A stretch of DNA of 57,078 nt, filler included, from Sphacelaria rigidula (taxonomy: Eukaryota): the NCBI GenBank assembly GCA_964200075.2. It is 4 parts of 4 records of this genome, joined end to end, with 100 filler letters (N's around TTAATTAATTAA, not from the genome) between each part and the next. Parts side by side here need not be neighbours in the genome. Positions count along the whole stretch, not along the records: positions 14,298 to 28,491 come from CAXNAA020002393.1; positions 28,592 to 42,785 come from CAXNAA020002394.1; 2 more parts are not named here. One strand, given 5' to 3'. Below are positions 23,401 to 33,500 of this stretch, piece by piece. The notes beneath the pieces were generated by a model, which worked only from the letters and a program-made list of their open reading frames with translations, was not told where the DNA came from and did not search any database. The position numbers were made by a program, and so were the translations under genes. Each line of letters opens with the position of its first letter. Within the stretch, counting starts at the first letter, position 1.

Positions 23401-23552
23401 GCAGCCATCTCTGGTGATGATACCTCAACATGATTCTGCACCTGTTGTATACTTGGGAGGCTGTCCGCCTCGCTCTCTCTGTTTTGCAAGTCGATTAGAG
23501 TTGCACCCCACTCCCGCCAATTTGTCCCTTCACCCCTGCGAAAGATTCCCAT
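14422..23552 (-). CDS. Uncharacterised multi-exon protein, 3'-partial; low-complexity regions plus a helical domain weakly reminiscent of TSNAXIP1-like proteins
   Basis: Phase-consistent exons: ~23552-23250 (..KLSFIEIALAQ|), 22775-21902 (..RRYPQFCEAMGMCAETLEGVHPKDRTPTWMLQFYENVLHALRKAE..), ~21405-21331, ~21023-20810 (SMPSFLATFLLERFGVKPMAIQ|), ~20418-20243 (TALDLMVGLERLRASFPELEHFSLLLRELHNDRALSLVLHVRD). Further probable exons near 19890-20045, 18265-18380, 17075-17450, 16320-16460, 15330-15500 and 14422-14940. The last ends at a GTAAGT donor close to the contig end. Confidence 0.72.
18530..18935. mobile_element. Intronic MITE-like element: inverted CATCTGGGA/TCCCAGATG subterminal repeats around a degenerate telomere-like core
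   Basis: Left side CATCTGGGAT and CATCTGGAAT; core GGGTTTGGGG..GGATTGGGCTGGGGGTAGGGTTAGG (~18597-18635); right side tandem ~18-bp GATGGATATCCATATCCCA units (18793-18932). Confidence 0.6.
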
Positions 23553-24479
23553 CGTTTTGACAAAGGGCTATCAACGATAACTATGAAATGAAGACAGCAT
23601 CCCTCGGAGTATCCAGAGTCGGTAGGAGCCGGGATTGGGGAGAAACGGTTTGTTTCGTCGGGTTTGTTGCCATACGTACACATGAACGTGCCGCCGAGGC
23701 GACAGTACGCGGAAACCAATTTGCAGTACTGCATGAGCCAGGCATAAACTTCTGCGGTATAGTTGTTATAGATGTATACGTTTTTGTTGGGTGGGAACTG
23801 AGTAGTTTTGTAGAAGAAGCAGCGCGATATACCCTTAAAATAAGGTGTGGGTAGTTTTTATACAATAATTCACCATCTGCGTGGTGACACCAAAATTCGT
23901 CCAAACCAGGGAGGAATGCAAAGATTACCCCGTTACAATAGGCGCCCACCCCATTACCATATGGGGCGCTTTTACCGTTACACCGTGGTCACGTCTTGGT
24001 TTATGCCCGATCAGGATTGCGCGTAGATTTGTTCCGCCTGCTTGAGCTCGGATAGCTACGGCTTGGATTCCCGGAGGCGTAACGATGCCCTATATCGACA
24101 GACTTTCACTTCACCTGTCTTTCTTCATGCAGGCCCTCCGACGTCGTTTGGAACCCGGCCGTGAGCGACACTGGGGTGCACTAGCATAGGGACTGGACTG
24201 AGTACGCATAGGCCTGTTACGACAAAATCAAGCAATCACAAGGGTTTCCTGAGGTTCGGTCAGTCGTGGTCCGCACTGCGGGTACAGAAGCGGAGAGATC
24301 ATACTGATGACTATGCATAGTAACTTACCCGCGCACGATGCCTGATTTGTGTTGACTGTACTGGTGATACCATACATGAAGCTGCTTTCTCTGGAGCTCT
24401 GGAGCTGAAAATCGAAGCTGCTTTCTCTGGTACTTGTACGATTGGTCGACTTGGCAAGGCAATGAAGTCATCGGTTCAC

Positions 24480-25190
24480 ATTCCCTCGGTGTGGCTGGAA
24501 GCCACTGCGCTGTGTCTGATATCAGCATGAGCGTCGTCGAAACTGCAAACATGTGGGCCACACCGTCCAGTGCCGTCGACTACAGTGCATCCCGCCGCTG
24601 TACCCTCAATGGCCGTCACCGAAAGGGAATATCAACGACATTTTCCGCCGCGGTCGGCATGGCGGTAGTGTCATCCACACTTTTGCAAGTGCCGGCGGTA
24701 TATCCGCTGTCATATAGCCGACACCCTCGCGGCAGTGAGTATTTTATCGCCCAACATTTCATGATTGCCCACCACGTAAAGGCTGGTGGGGGCTCCGGGA
24801 CAGGAGTTAGTGTCAGGGTTAGGGGTAGGATCAAAGTTAGGGTAAGAGCTAGGGACATATAGGCGAGACTGTCACGCTGTCCCGGACGCCACGACAACTA
24901 TGGTCAACATCGGCCAAGTATATCGGTGACGTGGCAAAAGTATCGCAAGCATCCGATACTCGGTGACCGACTCTGGCGTGAGTAGGCCGGCACGTTGGCG
25001 GGAAATGCTAAACACACCACAGAAGTGCCGACAATAGGTGTCGATGACAACCGTAGCAGACAGTATCGGCCACAGCTACGAGAAAGTGCCGCCGATGGGC
25101 TTCAATTCCCACCGACCGTTGTGGGGTCTGCGGTCGACACTTAGCCATCACTGGCATCGACATTAAACGCACCTGTCGGCGACATCATCA
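24480..25190. mobile_element. Degenerate inverted-repeat element with a central telomere-like tract
   Basis: Core GAGTTAGTGTCAGGGTTAGGGGTAGGATCAAAGTTAGGGTAAGAGCTAGGG (~24804-24854). The flanks are rich in CCGAC/GTCGG and show partial inverted matches (GTGTCATCCACAC vs GTGTCGATGACA). Boundaries are approximate. Confidence 0.45.
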
Positions 25191-26055
25191 AACATACCAC
25201 ACTCCTTACCCACACGCTGGGAACCGATCTGAGGCCACTTGTTATGGCGAATGTAAAAATACTCGTTAAGTGAAAATTCTGTGAGTATAATATTGGAAAA
25301 GCTGCCGGAATCATCTCAAAATATTCAGGACATCATTTCCAACATGCCCGATTCACGTACGAGTTGAACACGGCAACGGTTCGTGTTCGAGGTCGGCAGG
25401 TGATGCGTCGCTTAATGTGAGGAGTTAGGCGCTGAAATTTTGACCCACGCTGTTCATCAATACGTGTAACATACTCGAAGAGGCAAAGAAAATAAAAACC
25501 CGAACGTTAGAGCGAGGTGATATTTGAGCAAAGAACAAGATATTGTAATAACTCTATGAAAACAAGCTGTTGCTGCTTCGAGCACGAATTTTTTACTTGT
25601 GTGCACAAGAATCTTGTAAAATATTCCCTCAAATATCCTAAAAATGGGATGCGCGTGCTTCGTTTTGTGTGACGCCGCTGCGCCCCGGTACTCCAGGTGA
25701 TACAGGAGACTCCAGCTATCGAGGTCACGAATGAGAATCCCGACAGGTTCTCTTTGTTCTCGGAAAGTGCGGGTCCGTGGGTTGCGGTTACAAAGTATGC
25801 AGTACTCCTCTTTCAATTCAAGTTTCAGCGACAGAGCGTGCATCACCGGGTTGGTCTGCGGTTCACAACGGTATACCCACGTCGGGCTGATTCGGAAAGC
25901 TGAACTTATCGTGTGCACGGGTTATGCACGTTTTACGGTCGGCCCAGCGCGTAGCACGTGATTATGACAAGTAAACTATACGGAGAGCAAAGCCAGATCT
26001 ATCTCGGCAGTTCTTAAGGGAGGATACCGTGGCACGGGGGGGTGCTGCAAGAACT

Positions 26056-26650
26056 TGATTGATTATGTTTGATTGATTGTCGCACTTTAACTGACCTCCA
26101 AGGTAGTCATGATCCAGCCGTGGTCACATGATGGACGTATTCTACAAAAAACAAACGTGAAACACTCGCTAAAGAAAAAGAAGGAACAGAAAAAGTCGAA
26201 CAGAACGACATTATAGACTAAAACGTGAAAATAGAAAGACTAAAAAGTCAACAAAAGCAAAGCACAGGAAGGAATGGCCGATCTAAGACAAAAAAAGGGG
26301 GAAAAAAGAGAAAAAAAAACAGCAAAAAAAACGAAAAGGAAAGAAAAAGAAACAAAATACTGGAAAAGCCCTGGGGATTCAGTACAGCAGAGTAGATACA
26401 GACACACACCAGTGGACGCCGCAGAGCCACTGACTAAGGACACAATCAACAACCCATATGAGCAGACAGGATTCTTCGATTGGTAAACCTCGACGCAGCA
26501 GCCTCTCGTTTGTGACGGCGGTCTGATTCTCGTTTTTCCGCGCGTTGCCACGTGTCCTCAAACTCTTCCGCTCCTTTTTCGACTTCAATATGTCATTTGC
26601 CCGTGATTTTCGCTGCAGTAGCCCAATCGAATTCGTCGTCACCCTCTACA
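26056..26650 (-). mobile_element. 5'-truncated RTE-like LINE: ORF C-terminus, T-rich 3' UTR and (AATC)n tail
   Basis: Minus-strand translation DDEFDWATAAKITGK*HIEVEKGAEEFEDTWQRAEKRESDRRHKRE matches the RTE C-terminal W-x-x-A-A-(K/Q)-x-x-x-x-W pattern, with the second W mutated to a stop. It is followed by a T-rich UTR, CATCATGTGACCACGGCTGGATC...AGTTAAAGTGCGAC and an AATCAATC tail. Confidence 0.75.
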
Positions 26651-27037
26651 CCGTAGACGAACCATTTCCGCTGGGGCTGTCAACCAGACCAGTTTGTACT
26701 GACGATTAAACTGGAACTAAACTTCAACTGGAACTGGTGACGAGGACTCCACTTTATCCAGTGCGTTTGAAGTTTGCCTCCACCAGCTATGTTTAAACAA
26801 ATTTAGGTACGTTCTTTATAACAAAGATGCTTACAGTATCATGAACAAGATGGCAGTAGAATTGGGGCCTGCACCTGACAGCGGTACAAGTGTAGGCAGT
26901 AATCGTCGTACAAACGTTTCAAATCTACAACGCACCACAGTTCAGGCGCGCACTCGACTTCTTTACAAGACTACGAGTGCTGCACTGGGTGGTTGTACAT
27001 CACAAGAAGTCAAGAATACCTGCAAGAAAATCTAGCA

Positions 27038-27650
27038 TGAGCACAGCAGGCTCCGATATCGGTGCTGGTCCTGCAGCTGTAGCCGTCGATGGCGTTGTCC
27101 GCGATGGGGATGCAGTCGCTAGTGGTAACCGCCGTGGCCTCTCCAACGAGCCCGAAGGAGAAGGAAGCTCGTATGGGAGTGCCAAATGCTGCAGGACGGA
27201 CTGAGGACCACCCTCAGGGACACCGTACGAGTAGAAAAGGAGAAGCGTCTGAAAGAGCAGCGCCGAAAGAGTGAGCCCGAGCATTCATCAGCTCACGTCT
27301 GGCTGTTGTTCGAGGTTTACGTCCTGGCTAGGCTGTAGCAGTACGCGATTTGCACGCTTTGTCTCCAACAGAAACAATATGACCGGGCCGAGATCAAGTA
27401 CAATCAATCGCCCACCAACCTCATGAATCACCTAAACACCAGCCTCCCCAGCCACAAGGAGGCCTACCAAGAGGTGAAAAACCGATAACGGGGACTGAAG
27501 GGAACCGGAGAGGGCAAGGGTAAGGAAGGCGTGGCTCCGCATGTGGCGTCCCCACAGCAATCCTTGCTGGCGACGTACTTCCCGATGCGGACACCAGACT
27601 GGGTCCAGGATCTGGTCCGATGGATAGTGCAAAGTGCACAGCCGTCGTCG
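27038..27650 (+). pseudogene. hAT transposase pseudogene, N-terminal part with a BED zinc finger
   Basis: The frame through 27240-27650 reads SAHVWLLFEVYVLARL*QYAICTLCLQQKQYDRAEIKYNQSPTNLMNHLNTSLPSHK (BED: W..F, CxxC, TNL..HL...H), then QQSLLATYFP...DLVRWIVQSAQPSS|GTGAG (hAT dimerisation-like). Stops at 27336 and 27486; upstream frameshift. A possible left end (TGGGGCTGTCAAC, ~26672) carries AACTGGAACT repeats. Confidence 0.8.
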
Positions 27651-28189
27651 GTGAGTTTGGTATGATGTATAGAGTCAAATTGAGTGTACAGGCAGTATGC
27701 TCTTGTCGTTGATGAGAGGTGCTATCTACTGTGTAGCAAAGGTATTGCCTGCTTTGTTGAGTATGCACGGAAGTGAGAAGTTGGTGCATGATGCCATTGA
27801 CTCGTACTGAGCAGTCAGGGTCGGCTTCATGTTTTTGACAACGGCGGCTGCGGGGGTGTTGCTCACTTGTGGGGTGAAACGCCCTGCTATATGCCGCCCC
27901 ATTGTCTTATGGAGAAGGCCGGTAAAAGCAGTCACAAGGTAAAGCGACGAGTAGCTACATTGGGACAAGGTAGCTACTGAAATGACCACGAGGTGGGCCG
28001 GCCTAAAAGCTGAAAAACCTTCCACCAAACATGTATCATGAACCACCGGAACATATTGCCAGGTAATAATATCTCTGTGATCGGTAGATCGCCATCGCCG
28101 TGCCTGTGCCCCGACACTTCTCAATGTACTTCATGGTGTTCACACAGAAGAAACGATCGTGTGCGAAAAACACACAGAGCTGAGTACGA

Positions 28190-28265
28190 GGCGAACCGCA
28201 GTCTAACGGTCAGCTGGTCAGCGGCAGGGTGGACAGATCGTGGGTTCGAATCCCGTCCAATGTGT
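28190..28265 (+). mobile_element. tRNA-derived SINE-like head with Pol III A/B boxes
   Basis: A-box-like CAGTCTAACGG (~28198) and B-box GGTTCGAATCC (~28243) at tRNA-like spacing. No pairing acceptor or anticodon stems, so not a tRNA. Confidence 0.5.
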
Positions 28266-28491
28266 ATATTTTTGTCCTTTCGATATATTTCATTCCTACC
28301 GTCGAAAAGGTGAGGTTGTGCAGGGACATGGGTCGAACCCTTGAAACTACAGACTCATCCCAAGGAAGGCGAGGGACTGAGAGTGTGACAGAAGGGAAAA
28401 ACGTTTGTGTGCCGATAAATCACCATCAATAAACAACAAATTGTGCGAATTGAGGTTTAACTCCGAGATGAGGTTCAAGCCTAAAACAGTG

Positions 28492-28591
28492 NNNNNNNNN
28501 NNNNNNNNNNNNNNNNNNNNNNNNNNNNNNNNNNNTTAATTAATTAANNNNNNNNNNNNNNNNNNNNNNNNNNNNNNNNNNNNNNNNNNNN
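28492..28591. other. Artificial contig spacer
   Basis: N44-TTAATTAATTAA-N44. Confidence 0.98.
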
Positions 28592-30405
28592 CCCCCCCAC
28601 CTTTTTTATTTTTACGTTTCGTCTTCTCTTTCTGGTGTTTTATGATGACATGTGTTTTGTTTTGCGTGTGTTTTGAAAGATCGCGGACGGCGCGTGGTGT
28701 GTATAATTGTAGACAGACAAACGGGCAAAGTGACACGCTGGCTTCTGAGCGGTCAAATAAAAATCCACCCCGTGACGTCATCCATGTTCAACGTCCTCCC
28801 GCTGCGAAGAGTTATGGATTCTGCCGGCCGTCGGCCGAGGAATATCGGCCTATTAGATTATTATCAAGGGTGTTGTTTTTGGAACGACCAGGAAGCCGTG
28901 TGACACGTTGCCCTCCTGTCTGTGTGAGAAGGTGTATGTACTGCAACCTCTACTTTTGTGGCATATTTTTTGTCTCCATACACCCAGGCTCTAGTTGTTA
29001 TAGTTCCATGGGAGTCGTCTTTGATACACCGGCAGCAACGCCTCTTGTTTTAGCCCTTTCCAAGTCGATTTATGCCCATGTAGCATGTTGTGTAGACGGT
29101 TCGTGTCGGCTGTGTTGACTCTCCTTGTCTTGTACTTGCTCTCGCTTTCCTTGCTTTTCATTTTCTCAGTCTTCTGTGTTGCCTTGTTATTTAGGACGCC
29201 AAGATGGCGTCCATCATTGTGTGCTGGGTGCGCCCCGGTGGTGTTGAGTTTTAGCTTATACAGTCGATACAGCGCAAGTGCGACGTCTTCGAAAAAGGGA
29301 GGGCTTTTGTTTTTGTACAGAGAAGAGCCGCGCCCGATCGTAAAAAAAATGATGCTGGGCGATGACTCGCGTGGGGTAGGCGCGTCGTTTTCTGTTTTGT
29401 GGACACCCCCACGAATATTTGTTCTCGTCATTCGTAGTACATGTACATCTTTATTGTCGGGACCCTTATTTTTGGCTTCCCCACTATGAACGAATGGGTA
29501 CACTTGGAGGTGTATGCACGCGTGCGGGCGTTTGTGTTACGCTTCTGAGCGTCTGTACCTGCGCTATCGGAAAAATGTGGAGAAGTTTGACAAATAATGT
29601 GATGGAACAAACAAACGTACGAATTCCAGCAGACTAGTGGGGTCGGGGGAATACAAGCAGCCAACACGTTTTTCTTTTCCCTCGAGGGAGCGCCGGGGAG
29701 TACGCTGGTGTCTGTTGATCATCTTGCGCTCTACTCTTACTTGGTGCGAGGCTTTACTTCGCTTCAAACCATGTGATGTAGACTACTGGAGACTGGATAA
29801 TCCTCGTTTCAAATTGTTGGGGAGCGCTGTCATGCACCAGTGTGAGATTGGGTTCGATCAGTGGTATGCAGTGCACTAACTTAAAGGTAGACATGGAGCG
29901 GCCGACAAAAGATACCATCGACCCCGGTGGATGGAAACAGCACAAATCAAGTGCTGGTGTAGCGACCACTTCCTTCAAAGACGGTCGATCTTTCGTTCCG
30001 TAATGAGGCATTGAAAACCTCACCTTGTTGTAAACGCGCGTAAACTGCGGGTGGTCGTGTATTCCCCCCATTTTGCTTGAAAATGAATGCGGCAGCAGAC
30101 AATCGTGATATCATCGCAACTGTGTACCTGCACAGCATAACAACTTGTTGCGCTCGTTTTGCAGATCTTGTCGGCAATTTTGGAGGCTGAGTGGACGTCC
30201 GCGGCGGAATGATGCGGGATCGTAAGTTGATGAAGCAATGAAGGAGTGTGCTCGTTGCACCGAAGAAGACGGAGAGCCTTCGCCGCTTGTTTCACACGCT
30301 CGCACACACACGGACGAAGTTATGTTTCCGTGCTTATTCGTCTTTTATAGTTTTTGTGGCGCTCCTACACAAGACGTGAAATTCAGGTTGTCCATTCACC
30401 CGTCC

Positions 30406-30486
30406 CTGCTCCGTCTCGAAAGGGATGCGTGGTCAATGGTCAAACGACTAAGGCAAGCAACAAATGAGTACGCCCCCTCCCCCCCT
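30406..30486 (-). repeat. Oligo-G-bounded dispersed repeat, short subfamily A
   Basis: The reverse complement reads GGGGCGTACTCATTTGTTGCTTGCCTTAGTCGTTTGACCATTGACCACGCATCCCTTTCGAGACGGAGCAG. Near-identical copies at 36210 and 42960. Confidence 0.9.
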
Positions 30487-30520
30487 TAACACCCATCTCT
30501 AAGCACCGAAGTTGCCCTGG

Positions 30521-33500
30521 CTACCCCGACATCGGAAGCGATGGCGCACGGGGCGGAAACACAAGCTCGAGTTGACCACCCCACATGCCCCAGTCTACAT
30601 CCAGAGCACCGGGGCACCCAGGCGGCGGAATCCCCATCACAGGAGCAAGCGCCTCAGCTAAAGCTCTGCTATTGCTGATGCGACCTCTGTGTCGCACCTC
30701 TCTGCCAGAGCTGACGCTATTACTATCGACGGCATCATCACAATGGACTCCGCCCGCTACTGCACTCGATGCTGTAGCTAATGCCGTCGCTGAAAACCTG
30801 TGACCTAGCCCGTGTACGACGACTCCGTGTTTATTCGGTTCATCATCGGGAAGGTGACCAAGGCGCTCCCTCCAAAGCTCCTCGCTCACAGGTGAATGGC
30901 GGCACATACGTCCTTGCTGTCGTTGTGCAACAGCAGTGCTGCGGAGTGCGGCGGACCGATCCACCCAAAGCCGTAACCTGGCCTCACTGAGGGCGCGAAC
31001 GCTGGCGCGTGCGACTCTCTCTCGATAGGCGCATTGAAGCGAGATGACCGCCTGCCGCCGCAGTAGGCGGAGGCGAGAGCGACGTCGGGAGTTGACTCGA
31101 AACACGAGCCAACGCCGTAGCTAGAGATGGAGGGAGAGACATCCCGGGGTGGGGGCAAGCGAGCATCGAGCGGGAATGCGGTAGTGTCGTTGATATTTAG
31201 GATGTAGAATTCTGCGATGTGGTCCACGGTCCGACGCGTTTCCTGCGAAAACTAAGAGCGGAGAGTACCATATTTCCGACCCAGGTTCCAATTATCGCTC
31301 GCCTTATTTTCTTGCTTTCCTAGAGAGAAGGTTGTTGGTCAGCCGACGTTTGTTGTCGGCAGTCATCATGTGTAGCAATTTCATGTACCGGAGGTGTGAA
31401 CATTTAGTGGTTGGGAATGTTGGGAATGAAGAATTGAATACGTGGAGCATTCTGATGCTGGTTGATTGATTGGTTGTTGCATATCAACTAATGCCCGAGG
31501 GATTCAGCCGTAGTCACATATAGACGTACTCACGGTAAACAAAGCGGGTTCACTCTCTAGAGAAAGCCTCGAGAAAGGGATGCTGGCGGGCTGCGTTTCC
31601 CGCGGTACAGAGCACACACACGGCAGGAGTCAACCCTCGCCATCGATATAGCTTGCTCCTTTGTCCATTTTCCCGAAAGAAAAGCTTGGGGTATCCAAGA
31701 CCGTGCGCAGAGTGACAACCACTACTAATCATGTTCCCGACCGGTACCATCGTCTTTACTCACCACGCCCAACGCCCAGTCCCGCAGATACTGCCGATGC
31801 CGAAAGTCCTGGTAGGCATTCTGTATCCTGCTGGCGCAGCGAGCATACCTCAACTTCACCACCCTCTCGCCTCTGCTTGCGTGGTCAACAGTATCAACAG
31901 TACCATGCTGATGTTCTTGTCCACCTCCTGGGTACCGAGCCCTCCCGCCCCCTTCATCAGCAGACTCACGCTGTGGGTTACTGTCCGAAGCACCCAAACA
32001 GTTTTGCCGATACGCAGAACGATCGGTAACTTCGTTCCTTCGTCTGCGGCTTGCAGCCGGGGCGCTGCTTGGTCGACGGCGGCGGCGCCAGCGGCCGTCC
32101 TCTCCTTGTCTTAACGCCCCACCGCAAGTCGTGCACAGGTACAGCACTTCTGGAATGGGTTGCCCTAGGGAGTATTGTTGTCGTGTACAGGTGATGAGAT
32201 CATAGGTAGAGTATCACTCTTGGTATGTCGACATGTTTGGAAAGAAGATAAGTTACGAAAAATAGGTGGCGCACAGAAACGTACGAAATGATTGCAGTCA
32301 TGACCCCGACAAGTTCATCACGCGGAGCACCTAGGTCAGCGGGTGAGGTAGCTAGTATAATCACCAGTGTAGGAAGATTTTATCTGGAGGCCACACTTCA
32401 CCATCTTCTTCACATGAGAGCGTGACTACCACCTCTATCAATCTTTCCTCGGCTAACAGATAGAAGGGCACATGCGTAACAGTAGGGAATCTGGGAAAGG
32501 TTCACGGTCTATGTGGGTGAGTACACTTCGTACGCTTGCCATCATACTTTATTGAACCAAGCGGTAGATCGCACGCCAACCTCGACGTTTTTGCTAATGT
32601 AACCCATAATCACGCACCTTTCGCGGATGTCGGAAGCCGTGCTTCAACCGCTTCGACCAGATACTTCACATCGCAAATCGAGCACCCAAGGTACACCTGA
32701 CTGTCTTCCATGAAGTTGTCTACCGCCTTTACCACTTGCGTCCGGTGAAAGTCACCCTTATTATCGCTCGCAGCAGACACTGGGTTGGCATTCTCAGGTC
32801 TCACATGCGGTGAGGAACCTCTCCGGGCTACATTTACCGCGGGTGGAGGGGGTAGCGGTGATGACGTCTTAAGCGGGTCACTGCTCACCATCGTAAGGTC
32901 ATCAGCATCGGCGACAATCTTCGACATCTCCCGCGATCCCATGGTTTTTTCCAACGTATTCATCTGCTGGGACGATAACTCTGCCGCCAAGGGTATAGTC
33001 ATCGGGAGGCGGTCAGCTTCAAATCGAGCTGTTGCCACTTCTACCGCCATTTCCGGCACAACAGTCGGCCCTTCTTCACTCGAAAATGAAGAGGATTTAC
33101 TCTGAGGGAAGTGTGTATTGGGCACGGGTGTCTCCTGTCGACCCACCGGGATGGCACCGCCGGTGGCATTGTCCTGAGTGATCTCGGGGTCTTTGTCGAG
33201 GACCGACGCACCTTGTTGCTTGGTCGTTGACGCAGTGAGTACTTTTGGATCCCCTCCTTTTCCCGACTCAGACATATCGCCTTGTCCGGTTCGGTCCGTC
33301 TCGGTCACTACAATCGGGGTCATCAAGCTTTTTTCCTCTCCCCCAATCCTCACCCGAACGGCCATCATGCCAGCCGGAGGTCGTGCCGCTGCCTGTGGTA
33401 TCGGAGATGGTAACATAATTGGATCCAGCTTGTTTGCCGCTGCTGCTGTCCACGGTCTCCTGTCTGCTCCGCTGACATCAACTGCCTCATCTGCTTCTCC

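Noticed and set aside
26240..26551. Hydrophobic Phe-rich and Lys-rich ORFs suggesting a membrane or basic protein
   Set aside because: They are translations of the T-rich LINE 3' UTR and its complement.
28190..28265. tRNA gene
   Set aside because: A B-box is present, but no acceptor or anticodon stems could be paired.
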